This document shows, piece after piece, positions 13,098-26,384 of a DNA stretch of 64,000 nucleotides. The stretch is from Chiloscyllium plagiosum (lineage: Eukaryota), in contig NC_057719.1 of NCBI RefSeq assembly GCF_004010195.1, positions 69,750,401 through 69,814,400 of the forward strand. The letters are read 5' to 3'. The notes beneath the pieces were generated by a model. The model worked only from the letters and a program-made list of their open reading frames with translations, was not told the DNA's origin and ran no database searches. The translations under genes and the position numbers were made by a program. Position 1 is the stretch's first letter. Each line of letters begins with the position of its first letter.

Positions 13098-16000
13098 CAT
13101 AGAACATAGAACAATACAGCATAGAACAGGCCCTTCGGCCCTCGATGCTGCACCGACCTGTGAAATGCTCTAAGCCCATCCCCCTACACTATCCCATCAT
13201 TATCCATGTGCTTATTCAAGGATTGTTTAAATCTCCCTAATGTGGCTGAGGTAACTACATTGGCAGGTAGGGCATTCCATGCCTTTACTGCTCTATGAGT
13301 AAAGAACCTGCCTCTGATATCTGTCTTAAATCTATCACCCCTCAATTTGTAGCTATGCCCCCTCATACAAGCTGACGTCATCATCCTAGGAAAAAGACTT
13401 TCACCTATCTAATCCTCTGATCATCTTGCATGAATCTATCAAATCTCCTCTTAGCCTTCCTCTTTTCAACGAGAACAGACTCAAGTTTCCAGCCTTTCCT
13501 CATAAGACCTTTGCTTCAGACCAGTCAACAAGTTGGTAAATCTCCTCTGCACCTTTTCCAATGCTTCCACATCCTTCCTGTAATGGGGAGACCAGAACTA
13601 TATACAATTCTCCAAGTGCAGCCACACTAGCGTTTTGTATATTTGCAACATGATATTATGGCTCCAAAACTCAATCCCTCTACTAATAAAACCTAACACA
13701 CCGTATGCTTTCTTCACAGCACTATCAACCTGGGTGGGAGCTTTCAGGGATCTATGTTCATGGACTCCAAGATCCCTCTGCACATGCACACTACCAAGAA
13801 TCTTTCCATTGACCCAGTATTTTACCTTCCTGTCATTCTTCCCAAAGTGAATCACCTCACATTTATCTGCAGTGAACTCCATTTGCCACCCTTCAGTTCA
13901 ATTCTGCAGTTTATCCAAGTCCCCCTGCAATCTGAAACATTCTTCCACACCGTCCACTACTCCACTGACTTTAGTGTCATCTGCAAACTTACTAACCCCT
14001 CCACCTATGCCTGCATCTAAGTCATTTATAAAAATGACAAACAGCCGTGGTCCCAAAACAGATCCTTGTGGCATACCACCAGTAACTGGACTCCAGGCTG
14101 AATATTTTCCATCAACCACAATTTGCTGCCTTCTTACAGAAAGCCAGTTTCTAATCCAAACTGCTAAATCACCCTTAATCCCATGCCTCTGCATTTTCTC
14201 CAATAGCCTACATGTGGAACCTTATCAAAGGCTTTCCTGAAGTCCATGTATATCACATCAACTGCTCTACCCTCATCCACACGCTTGGTCACCTTCTCAA
14301 AAAACTCAATGAGATTTGTGAGAAATGACCTGCCCTTGACAAAACCATGTTGACTATCTGCAATTAAATTGTTGCTTGCTAGATGATAATAAATCCTATC
14401 TCTTAGAATCCTTTCCAAAACTTTTCCTACAACAGATGTAAGGCTCACTGCCCTATAATTACCTGGGTCATCTCTACTGCCCTTCTTGAACAAGGGCACA
14501 AATTTGCAATTCTCCAGTCCTCTGGTACTGAACCTGCAGACAATAATGACTCAAAGATCAAGGCCAAAGGCTCCAATACCTCCACCCCAGCTTCCCAGAG
14601 AATCCTCAGAAACATCCCTTCTGGCCCAGGGGACTTGTCTACTTTCACTCCTTCTAGAATTGATAACACTGCTTCCTTACTAACCTTGATTCTTTCTAGT
14701 CTAATATCTCTTATCTCATTCTTCTCCTCTACAATATTCTCCTTTTCCTGACTGAAAACTGATGAGAAATATTCATTTAGCACCTCTCTGATCTCTACAG
14801 GGACCACACACAACTTCCCACTTCTGTTTTTGACTGGCCCTATTCCTACCCTAGTCATCCTTTTATTCCTCACATACCTATAGAAAGTTTTAGGATTCTC
14901 CTTTATTCTACCTGCTAAAGACTGCTCATGTAGGGAATCTAATCTAATCTAATCTAATCCTCTCTTTGCTCTTTTTAACTCTCTCTTTAAATCCTTCCTA
15001 GATAACCTGTAACTCTCCATCACCTCATCTGAACCATCTCATCTCATCGTCACATAAGCCTCCTTTTTCCACTTAACAATTTCTGTGGTAAACCACCATT
15101 CCCTTACCTTATCACTTCTTTCCTGCCTGACAGGGACATACCTTTCAAAGACACACAATATATGTTCCTTAAACCAGCTCCACATTTCCATTGTCTCCAT
15201 CCCCTGCATTTTGCTGCCCCATTCTATGCATCCTAAGTCTTGCCTAATCGCATTATAATTGCCCTTCCCCATCAATAACTCTTGCCCTGTGGCATGTACC
15301 TATCCCTTTTCATCGCTAAACTAAACATAACTGAATTATAGTTACTCTCTCCAAAGTGTTCATCTATCACTAAATCAAACACCTGGCCTGGTTCACTACC
15401 AGATTCAGTGTGGCCTCCCCTCTTGTCGGCCCTGCGACATACTGTGTCAGGAAACCCTCCTGCACAATTGAACAAAGACTGATCCATCCGACATACTAGA
15501 GTTGTTGCACTTCCAGTCAATGTTAGGAAGTTAAAGTCCCCCATAATGACCACCCTGTTCCTTTCACTACTACCCAGAATCATGTTGCCGATCCTCTCTT
15601 CCACATCCCTGGAACTCTGCAGAGATCTATAAAAAAACTCTCAGCAGTGTGAACTCTCCTCTCCTGTTTCTAACCTCAGCCCATTCTACCTCAGTAGACG
15701 AGTCCTCATCAAAAGTTCTTTCAGCCTCCGTTATACTGTCCTTGACTAACAAGGCCACACCGCCCCCTCTTTTACTGCCTTCAGTGTTCTTAATGAAAGA
15801 TCTAAACCCTGGAACCTGCAACATCCATTCCTGACCCTGTTCTATCCATGTCTCTGAAATGGCCACAACATCTAAGTCCCAGGTACCTATTCATGCTGCA
15901 AGCTCACCTACCTTATTTTGGATACTTCTGGCATTGAAGTAGACACCTTCAAACCAGCTTGCTGTCTGCCAGCACATTCCTGTGACCATGAAATCCCTTC

Positions 16001-16470
16001 CATGCCCTCCCTACTCTCATCCTCCTGTGCACTGGAACTACACCTTATATTCCCAAACCCCTGCTGAGCTAGTTTAAACCTACCTGGAGAGCACCAGTGA
16101 ATTTCCCACCCAGGATATTAGTACCCCTCTGGTTCAAGTGAAGGCCGTCCTGTTTGTAGAGGTCCCACCTTCCCCAGAATGAGCCCCAATTATCCAAGTA
16201 CCTGAAACCCTCCCTTCTGCACTACCCCTGAAGCCACATGTTCAGCTGATATCTCTCCCTATTCTTTGCCTCACAATCGCATGGTAACAAACCAGAGATA
16301 ACAACTCTGTTTGTTCTAGCTCTCAGCTTCCACCCTAGCGTCTTGAAATCCTGCCTTACATCCCTATCCCTCTTTCTACCTATATCGTTGGTACCTACAT
16401 GGACCACGACTTGGAGCTGGTCACCCTCTCCCTTCAGGACCCCAAAGACACAATCCGAGACATCAGGGAC
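13098..16470 (-). mobile_element. CR1 LINE with ORF1 SGNH esterase remnant, APE endonuclease and RT (frameshifted)
   Basis: HVGTNDIG and DGLHLN (esterase), AISETW and MGDFN (APE), PGNYRAVSLTSVVGK, PQGSVLGP and SKFADDTK (RT), and a (CATAGAA)n-type 3' tail at 13098. Confidence 0.95.
14930..14959 (+). repeat. (TAATC)n micro-insertion, probably an extremely truncated SINE/CR1 3' tail
   Basis: tagggaatctaatctaatctaatctaatc interrupts the CR1. The same tail motif ends the SINE at 53131. Confidence 0.55.
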
Positions 16471-17345
16471 CCTATCCTTAAATTGTGTCCTCTGATACTA
16501 TTTCCACACTTAAAAGGAAACATCCTTCCAATTTGTACCTAAACAAATCCCCTCAGAATCTTATTTATTTTATTAAGATCATCTCGCATTCTTCTAAACT
16601 CCAGTGGATATCGGCCCAAACTGTTCAACTTTTCTTTACAAGATAAGCTCTTCATTCTAGGAGTGAATTAAGTGAACATTCCCTGGCTTGCTTCATGAAA
16701 TTATATGCTCATCAAATATGAAGACCAAAATTATACTGTGTTCGAGATGTGGTCTTATTATGGGCCTATACGATTATAACTAAATATATCTCTTTTTATA
16801 TTCCATTCCATTCTCCTTCAAAAAAATGCCAGCATTCCATTTGCCTTCTTAATCACTTGTTATGCCTGGATACTCATTTTTACAATTCTTTTATAAGGAC
16901 ATCCATATTCCTAAGTATCATTGGGTTCTGTAATCTCTCTCCTTTTGAGTAGTATTTGCTTTCTGCCAAAATGGACAAATTCACATCATGCTCCATCTGG
17001 TTACTTTTACCCACTTACTTCACCTATCCCAATCCCTTTGCATACTCCTATATCATCCCGACAACATACTTTCTCACCTATTTTGAGACGGTCAGCACAT
17101 TTAAGCAGCCATATATTCAGTCCCGTCCATCACATCATCAACTCAGATTGCAAATATTTGAGAATTCAGCACTGATCCCTGTGGCACTCCACTAGTTACA
17201 ACTTGCCAACCTGAAGAGGATCTATTTATCCCTACTCTTGTTTTTCCTTGAGATAATCAATCCTTTATTCTTGTAAATATTTAATTACAGACATTATCTG
17301 CCCCTTTTTTGTGTAGTAATCTTTGATATGGCACCTTATCTTAGT
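16470..17345 (-). mobile_element. Old CR1 LINE (continuation)
   Basis: Degenerate RT 3' half (cagcactgatccctgtggcactccactagt = PQGSVL antisense). Confidence 0.7.
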
Positions 17346-18236
17346 GAAGTCATCTTTATAAGAAGCCAATCATATTGTAGGTTTGCTGGCCTTTGTCACA
17401 GCTCAAGTAGGAGCCGCCCAATATCTGCAATAAAATTTGATAATGAAGTAATGGACCGTCTGCACATTGTCATTTCAGCACATTGTGGTTCTGGTTCTCA
17501 GTGCTCCAATGGGTCTGCAGGGTCTCACAGGAGCCTAGTCGTCTGTGCTCAAGCAGATGACCCTGATTGTTCATCATTGAGGAGTTGCATCAAAGAGCAA
17601 AAAATTGCTATCTTCAAGATGACAGCATTTGTCCTCCCACCACTGCCTTTCTACAAGTAATCTTGCTTTCATTAACAGTTTGCCAGCCAGTGTGGACTAC
17701 TCCCTCTCTTACCAAGCGCTGCAATCTGAAGCTTAGCATTTTAGGTCTGGGGCTGCTTGAGGTGAACCTCTGTCTACTGTCTTTCCCATCAACCATGCTG
17801 CAGCCCACCCATTAGGGTAGCTCAGTGTAAGAGCACTTGAACAAACAGAATAATATGGAAGATTGGCAGTAGAGGAATATGCAAGGGTGATAAATTAACA
17901 ATATTACATTGTTTGTCTGACATAATTGGTTCAGTGTTTGTCTTATGGTGGTTTTTAGTTCAGCATCATGGCTATGAAAATAGTGATTGACAGAGGAAGG
18001 TGAAATATGAGATTGTTGGGGAATGGAAAATTGGGGCTGCATTAACTGTGCCCATTTATTTAGCAGACTAATATATATAGGAATTGCATTAGGCAGCAAA
18101 AAGCTTTCAGAGATTTACAAGTGTTTTATTGTCAATCAAAACACAATTTCCACATTTTCCTTCTGGATCCTTTCAGTGTTTGGGAATCATCTCCTAAAAT
18201 AGGGAAGAACTCAAGTCTATATATAATAGATAGATT

Positions 18237-18502
18237 GTGAGAAGATTTGTAGCCCGGGTGCTCATTGTTGTGGTTCTGGTTGCCGAGCTGGGAATTTGTG
18301 TTGCAGATGTTTCGTCCCCTGTCTAGGTGACATCCTCAGTGCTTGGGAGCCTCCTGTGAAGCGCTTCTGTGTTGTTTCTTCCTGCATTCAAACCATTATA
18401 AATGCTGGAGGAAACAACACAGAAGCACTTCACAGGAGGCTCCCAAGCACTGAGGATGTCACCTAGACAGGGGACGAAACGTCTGCAACACAAATTCCCA
18501 GC
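18237..18502. mobile_element. Palindromic PLE-type mini-element (second family) with two hammerhead motifs
   Basis: About 100-bp near-perfect inverted arms 18287-18388 / 18401-18502, inserted in the Copia remnant. Confidence 0.8.
18447..18486 (+). ncRNA. Minimal type I hammerhead ribozyme motif
   Basis: GCA-CTGAGGA-T-GTCACCT(AGAC)AGGGGAC-GAAA-C-GTC-TGC: core, stem II, GUC cleavage triplet and stem I GCA/TGC. An antisense copy at 18303-18342 has AUC. Confidence 0.75.
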
Positions 18503-20489
18503 CTACAACAGTAGGGTCAATTGTTGTGAAGAGAGATGAGCAAATGATACAGTTTCTATGTAATCCTCCTGATCATCAGAAGCTCAACTTGAAGAGGTCA
18601 ATAACACCTTTGAACCTCTTGATGAGAAAACTCTAGTTTCCTCAAAGGAATACAACAATGTCCAGATCCCATGAATTGCAAGCATACTGCTTCACCAAAT
18701 ACAAATGCTGCATCATTCTCCATGTTCATACATACTTTTGCTTTTCTCAAATTAAGACTTACTCAGCAACAGCAATATGTCACCCTGGATGGCATCAGTG
18801 CTTATGAAATGACATAACCCCCTGCAATTTCACAAGGGATAACCACTTTCTTTATAGATACCAACAAAATATCATCACCAAATCAAAAGAAATTGGATTT
18901 TTCACAGTTTGTTTACCCTATTTTTGTCTGCTCTGTCCAAGGTTTCCACATAATACTTCAGTCAATCATTACCACTATTTAATATGGCACAATTCAATGA
19001 AAAGGCAACTAAGCTACTCATGGACTGACTTGCATCTTTGACCACTAACACAAAACTTTCTTGCTGTTCATCCTTATTGTGTTCACCCTATGAACCATTT
19101 GTTTCATGAGTTGCTCGAAATACTTGTCTCCTTGCCCTTGGACAATTCCTGACGTACTGAAAACATCTATTAAATATTCCCCATGGATTTCTGGGATTCT
19201 TTTATTGTTGTCTATCTCCCCAGTCCTGCAGTTGGTCTTGATTCAGAAATCTATTAAAGGTACAGTCCACCACTCAAACAGTCTTTCAGTAATTCCAACC
19301 TTATACAAGTGTGTAAGTAAGCCCCCTTCAGTTTTGAGAATCAATAATCAGAGAGTCTTCAATGCTCTGTGTCCCTGTGGAACTCCCACCTTGCCCTGTG
19401 AAGCTAGTTGAGATGATTCTTTCTTTTTACAGCTGGAATTATTTGTCCATAAAGAGAGTCATTGCCATCAAAACCAAACGTCTGACCAGGTGTGAGTGGA
19501 GATTTAAGTGCAATCTAATACCTTAAATGCCAGCCTGAACACTAGAATTTTGAGACTGAATTTCTTTAACCTTTTATATAACCTCTCAAACTTCACTATA
19601 TATTTTTCTGTGGACTGATTATCATTTGTCTTAAATTTACTAAGTATTGTCCATGCCTCATAGGCTTCTAGCAGATCATCCTTTTGGAAATTTTAATCAT
19701 TTATCAGAGCAGATTCTGCAATCCTTCCTTGTTATATGGGTCAGTTACATGCAGGTTTAAAAATCTTCACTCCTTTCTGATAAGCATAAAGTCAAAGCCA
19801 AAGCCTACTTCTTGGTTGGAGAAGTGACCCAAGTATGTATCTCCATCTAATTCCTCCACTGCACCTATGGCTCCAATTCCAGAAATACCAACGGGGGTGA
19901 TAATAATTTGTGACCCTACAGCCTGACACAGCTATTTCCCTTTCAAAAGCCACTGGGGGTGTTGCTTTTGTCAAAAATAAAGATTCCTTTTTGATTTCTT
20001 TATCTTCCCAATTGAAGAAACTGAAGCTAATCCTCTGCTGCCACATTTAACAGATGGATATCCATAAGTTGAGTGAGATAGTAAAAGATTTTTAGAGATT
20101 TGCAAGTGTTATATTTTAAGTCTTAAGTTTAGCACAAACACTACTTTCCACCTTATATGCCTTCTGAACCCTTCCCTGTCCAGAAGCCAGGTCTCGTTTT
20201 TCCTATTTTATAAACCCATCACCAAATCACCTAATAAATCAAGGATTGTCCACTAAGGGCAGTGGAACAATAATAGAACAAATAATAAACAAGGGAAGGA
20301 ACTAAATCAACATGGAGTCAATTGGGGAAATTATGCAACTCAGCCCCTGTGGTGCAACCTCCCTCTAAAAGCAAGAAACTGGTTCTTATATACTGTCTAA
20401 TCAACTTGTTTAGAGTTATTATTACACACCTCTGGAGGAGGATGGGACTTGAACCTCAGCATCCTGGCTCAGAGGCTGGGTACTACCAC

Positions 20490-20724
20490 TAAAATAACTC
20501 CACAGAGGCTTGTACCCCATCACCAAGCCATCCTTTGTTTACATGTGCATAGTACTCGCGGCTGGCCAGGCTTCCTCAGAAACAGTTCTCAGAGCGAACA
20601 GAGCCTCTGACACCCCTGCTTATATCTGTCAGCCAGGGCTCCCTAACTGGACAGGGTTAACAACACCAATCAGGGAACTCATACTCTATAAGGTCCACTG
20701 GGCTAACCTTGTTACAATTATACA
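20490..20724 (-). repeat. Gypsy 3' LTR
   Basis: Starts TGTA on the minus strand right after the PPT AGAGGGGAAAGGA. Homologous to 25999-26130 plus 30258-30366. TATA-like ATATAA on minus at about 20620. Confidence 0.85.
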
Positions 20725-23614
20725 TCCTTTCCCCTCTGAGTCCAGGGACATGGGCCTATGGTTTCTCTTGTAGCCTCTCCAACGGTGTTTTTGCACCAGG
20801 TGAGGTCCCTCCAACTCAGATTCAGATACGGGTGGCATATATTGGATCATAGCCTGCCTTTTGCGCCTGGAGCATCTCGGAGGAAATTCATCTTGTTCTT
20901 CAGGAGGTAAAGGTGTCTATTGCTGTGAAATCTGCCATGTCCATCTCAGACTCTGAGGTTTCTTCAAAGCTAGATGGAGAGGGAGAACCCATGGGTTCCA
21001 ACAGTGTGCTCTGAAGGGCCAGATGTGTTTTTCTCCTACCTTGTTTGTGAGTTTACAGCTTTCATATGGTCCATGTGCTTGTTCAGGACCGCACCACCTA
21101 TCTGAGGTGTGTACATCACGGGGCCTGACCTCAGGTCAACCGCACCTCTTACCCATGCAGTGCCATGTCCATGGTTTGGAAACCAAGCTTTATTCCCTGA
21201 AGTAAATAGTCTCACTCCCTTAGAGGAGTCTTGTATCTGGCCTGGTGTTCTGGATGCTGTTCACCCTCCTCTAGCCTTGGCAGGTCCAGGAAGATCTGAT
21301 TTAACCTAGTGCAAAGTCTTCTCCCCATTAGCAACTCTGCTGGAGCTATCCTTGAGTTGGGTTGGGGGGTGGGGGGATCTGTTAATCAATTGGGATTAAA
21401 TAGGACAATCTGATAATGAGTGAAGTTGTAGCCTGTCTCTTTAAGCCTGTCTTCAAAGTTTCTACTACTATTTCCACCAGAGCATTGAACGATGGATGGT
21501 ATGGAGCTGTCCTTAAATGCTGAATGCAATTCGACTGCAGGAAATACTTGAATGCCCTGCAGGTAAATGATAGCCTGTTGTCTGTGACCAACACTTCCAA
21601 GAACCTATGTATTGCTCCACGCCACATTTTCAAATGATAAAACTAGTTGTAGTGCCTTTTTGAAGTCCATTTGGGCTTCAGCTTTTCTATCATTGACCCC
21701 ATGTTTGATGAATGAACTCTATGCACATCCAACCGCTTTGAGTTGGCACTAACAATGGCTTAGGACGTTGAGTCTGTGAAAGGACCTGCATAGTCGATGT
21801 GTAACTGAATCCAGGGTTGTCCTGGCCATTTCCACAAATGCGAGGAAGCTGCTGGCAGTAACCTTTGTCCTTGTTGTCACTCTGGGCACTGACCAGAGGC
21901 CAAATCTACATCCAGTCCTGGCCACCAGACATAATGTCTCACCAGCATCTTCATTTTGGACACCCATGAAGACTATGGTGGAATTCAGCCAGTACTTGGC
22001 GGTGAGCTTTGCTCAGGACAATCACACCTGCTTCCCCATAATAAAATGATGCCTTTTATGGTGATGGTGATCACTAAGTCCAGAAAGGTTTCAGTTCTGG
22101 TTGTGATGGCCCTTTTGTTTCCCCAATTACCACCAGCTATTTTAGTTTTGCTTCCACAGTTTGTATTGTCAGCGGTGACCAGAAGGTTGTCCAGAAAGTT
22201 TAAAACCAGAACGGACTCTTCCAGGTGATACGGGTGGCACCACTGTATTTGCTAATGGGAGGCACCACTGTATTTGCTAATGGGAGGCAGCTCAGGGCAT
22301 CCGCATTTGTTACTTCGTCTCCCAGCCAGTGTTCCATCTTGTAATTGCATGTACTTAGAATGAGAGTCTGACATTGAATTTGACCTGAAGATGTGGGCAT
22401 CATGGCCTTGTCTTCCTTCAAGAGCCACAATGAGGGTTTGAGATCTTTTACTATAACATATTTATAGTAAAGGTAGGCTGTTAGGTATTGGTAGAACTTT
22501 CTCACACCAAAGATGACTCCCAAAACTTTCTTTTCTATTTGGGCATGTTTGCGCTCTGCATTGGCTAAAGTCTAGGAAGCATACACCATTGGGTATTCCT
22601 GCCTATTGGACCATCTGTGAGCTAACAGTACCCTGATACCCTATGGGGTGACTTTGCTGGTCAGCACCAGATCTTGATTGAGATCATAATGTACCAACAC
22701 CTTAGATGATGAAGCAACTTCTTCACTTTCCTAATGGCTACATCTTGGCCACGAGACCATTTCCAAGGCTGACCCTTTCTCAACAGCAGATGTAAGGGTG
22801 CCAGGTTGAGGAGGCCAGGTCACATCTGAACTATCCATAATAATTCACCAGCTCAAGGAAAGACCGAAGCTCCAGTACAGATACATTATAGCCAGGGCAC
22901 CTTTGATCGCTTTTACTTTATCTTCCAACTGGTGTAACTCGGTCTTGTTGACTCTGTTGCCCAAGTAAGTCACTTGGGGTGCTGGGAATACACAATTTTC
23001 CCTTCTCAGATGTAAGCACGCATGGCAGAAACATCAAAGGGCTGTGTCCAAGTTCTCTATTGGTCTTCCCAGTTATTATCACGTCATTCAAACAAATAGC
23101 AAACTAGGGTAGACATTGTAAAATGTTCTCCATCATCCACTAAACATGGCAAAGGCTAATGATACCCCAAATGGCAGTCTCATGCATTGGTACAGACATG
23201 TAGCATACCTTTGGGGATCCTCATCTAACCACAATTGCAAGTACACCTGGCTCATATCCAGCTTCGTGAAGGACAGCCTCCTGTTAGCTTTGTGTATAAG
23301 TCCTCTATGTGAGCCATTGGGTATTGATCCAGCTGCAAGAAATGGTTTACCATTTATTTAAAAGCTCCACTAAGGTAAATCAACCCATTGGGCTTCACAA
23401 TTGATACAACTGGTGCTGCCCATGCTGCAGACTGGGCTGGTTTGATGGTTCCTTCACTTTCCAGCTTTCTGATTTCTGCCTCTACTTTTGCCCGTAAGGC
23501 CAATGGCACTGGGTGGGCCTTGCAGGATCATGGAATTACTTCCTGGTCAACATGCAAGATGGCCTTGTGTCCTTTGATAGTCCCTAGACCTTCCTGAAAA
23601 ATGGCCGGATATTT

Positions 23615-24090
23615 AACATAGAACATAGAAAAATACAGCGCAGTACAGGCCCTTTGGCCCTCGATGTTGCGCCGATCCAAGCCCACCTAACCTACACTAG
23701 CCCACTATCCTCCATATGCCTATCCTATGCCCGTTTAAATGTCCATAAAGAGGGAGAGTCCACCACAGCTACTGGCAGGGCATTCCATGAACTCACAACT
23801 CGCTGAGTAAAGAATCCACCCCTAACATCTGTCCTATACCTACCACCCCTTAATTTAAAGCAATGCCCCCTCGTAATNNNNNNNNNNNNNNNNNNNNNNN
23901 NNNNNNNNNNNNNNNNNNNNNNNNNNNNNNNNNNNNNNNNNNNNNNNNNNNNNNNNNNNNNNNNNNNNNNNNNNNNNNNNNNNNNNNNNNNNNNNNNNNN
24001 NNNNNNNNNNNNNNNNGGTGGCAACTTTCAGAGATCTGTGTACATGGACACCAAGATCCCTCTGCTCATCCACACTACCGAGCATCCGAG
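23615..24090 (-). mobile_element. Young 5'-truncated CR1 inserted in Gypsy pol (contains N gap)
   Basis: CATAGAACATAGAA tail, RGHCFKLRGGRYRTDVRGGFFTQRVV, retained CpGs. Confidence 0.9.
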
Positions 24091-24967
24091 TACCCCGTCT
24101 TTTTGTTACTCTTTCTTTTAATTAGGACTTCACTCAGGCAGCCATTTTCTAATTATATATGTTGAGCCAATTAAGGTGAATCTTTCTCAACCAATTTTGC
24201 CCCATCAGGCTTGGGCCTGAGCCTTTTACGACAATTAGTGTAACTGAACCAGCTGCTTCTCATATGAGACTGGAACTGAAGTTGTATCCTTAATCTGTAA
24301 AGGTTCCCAGTATAGGTTCACAGTCTAGTCCAGAGCAAACTTTGCTAAAGACTGGTCCAGCAACCTCTGATACATTTAACGAGACATTTATTTTGATTGG
24401 TTCTGATTTGAATGTTGCTAAGAAATGTAACTGTTTCAAGCCAGAGGTAGGCGACCTTTCCAGGGTGTGGACTCACTTGGATACCAGCCTGTGAGTCATC
24501 TTACATAATTCAGGCCTAGTGTGTCTGTTTTGCTGTCTCAAGTCTGAATTACAGCAGCAACTACAATGGCTTACCTGAAGAAAATATTCACTGTTTGACT
24601 GAGGCTTAGCTTTGTTTTGGGGTTTTGTTATGGGCTGACTTAGAATCCCTCTGTTCAGGATGTGTCCTGAGTGAGGCTATGTTCAGTTGGCCTGGCGAGG
24701 GTGTCCACTTTCATTGGCACATCCTGTAACTCATTTGTTCCACCCTGTATTTTCTAATAATAAAATTAGAAGTCCCACAAACCAAACTGTTTCTCAGCAT
24801 CTTATTTGGGGTTAAACCAAAGTCACATGCCTCTTCCAGTCATCTTAATCTTGTCAAAAATCCCTATACAGATTCCTCTAGTTCTTGAACTGTCGAATAA
24901 AACCAATAGCATCTCCAAATTAGAGGAAGTTGGTGTTGGAATACTCCTTAATTAAGTTCATCAACTC

Positions 24968-25705
24968 ATGAAGTCATGGAGATGTTCAGCATGGAAACAG
25001 ACCCTTCAGTTCAACTCATCCACGCTGACCAGTTATCCTTAATAAATCTAGTCCCATTTGCCAGCACTTAGCCCATATCCCTCTAAACTCTTCCCCTTCG
25101 TATACCCATCCAGATGCCTTTTAAATGTTGGAATTGTACCAGCCTCCATCACTTCCTCTAGCAGCTCATTCCATACATGCACCACCCTCCACGTGACAAT
25201 GTTGCCACTTAGGTCCCTTTTTATATGTTTCCCCTGACACCTTAAATCTATCCCCTCTTGGTTTGGACTCCCCCATTCTGGGGAAAAGACCTTATCCATG
25301 TCCCTCATGATTTTATAAACCTCTAGAAGGTCACCCCATAGCCTCTAATGCTCCAGGGAAAATAGCCCCAGCTTATTCAGTCTGTCCCTAAAGCTCAAAC
25401 CCTTCAACCCTGGTAACATCCTTGTAAATCTTTTCTGAACCCTTTCAAGTTTCATAACATCCTTCTTATAGCAGGCAGACCAGAATTGCACTGTATTCCA
25501 AAGTGTCCTGTACAACCACAATATGACCTCCCAATTCCTATACTGAATGCTCTGACCAATAAAGGAAAGCATACCAAATGCCTTCTTCATTATTCTATCT
25601 ACTTGCAACTCCACTTTCAAAGAACTATGAACCTGTACTCCAAGGTCTCTTTGTTCAGCAACACTCCCCAGGTCCTTACCATTAAGTGTATAAATCCTGC
25701 CCTCT
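24968..25705 (-). mobile_element. 5'-truncated CR1 inserted in Gypsy gag
   Basis: EQRDLGVQVHSSLKV...LERVQKRFTRMLPGL. Flanking CTC(A/T)TGAA repeat. Confidence 0.9.
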
Positions 25706-25998
25706 TGAAAAGTTTTAGCATCTGTTACCTCAGGAAACATTAGGCTCCTAATAATCGAAAATGCTGTGTCCATAAACCATAAGGAGAATTACTGATTGCT
25801 TTTCATCTGCCCCAATGTCATTTGCCCGAAAAAAATAACTCAACCTTTCCACATACTGGGCATGGTCTTCAACAGTGGGGTCGAATGAGTCAAGGCTTCC
25901 AAATAACATGATGAAGCCACAAATGCTTACCCCAAACAAAGATGACTGTTGCGAGTGAATTACTTCAGGAGGAGTGTATTTTCCCGTCTCATGCCCAC

Positions 25999-26130
25999 TA
26001 AAATAATTCCAAACAAGCCAGTATCCATCACCAAGTCATCCTTTATTTATACATGCATAGTTTTCAACATTGGTCTGGTTTCTGCAGAGCCAGCTCTCAG
26101 AGTGAGCAGAATCTCTAACAATCCAGTTTA
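25999..26130 (-). repeat. Gypsy 5' LTR, R/U5-side half
   Basis: Homologous to 20490-20620. AATAAA on minus at about 26042-26047. Confidence 0.8.
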
Positions 26131-26384
26131 TTTTGACTTTTTTGACAAAGCCACCCCTTTATTTACTTGTGCACAGTACATTGGCTGTAGCCAGCCAGCT
26201 AAGATTCAGTCTGCCGATCTGAGGACAATCCTTTTTTTTATTATTTTCTTAAACTGTACAAAGTACAGAATACAATAAACAAAAAGCAACAGTTCACAAA
26301 AAAAAACACTATTTACAGGGGAATGGACAGCAAGACCAAACCCAAACCCCATCTTCATCACAAAAGCAAAAGTGACAAAGACAG

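Larger units (their letters stand above)
18100..19950 (-). pseudogene. Decayed Ty1/Copia-type gag-protease-integrase N-terminus
   Basis: Manual minus translations, in order: EP*VQWRN*MEIHTWVT..ALALTLCLSERS (gag), NPRNPWGIFNRCF..YVRNCP (zinc knuckle), CAILNSG (protease DSG-like), FGDDILLVSIKRVVIPCEIAG, MENDAAFVFGEAVCLQFMGSGHCCIP, LHR..FAHLSSQQL (integrase HH). Integrase directly follows protease. Confidence 0.7.
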
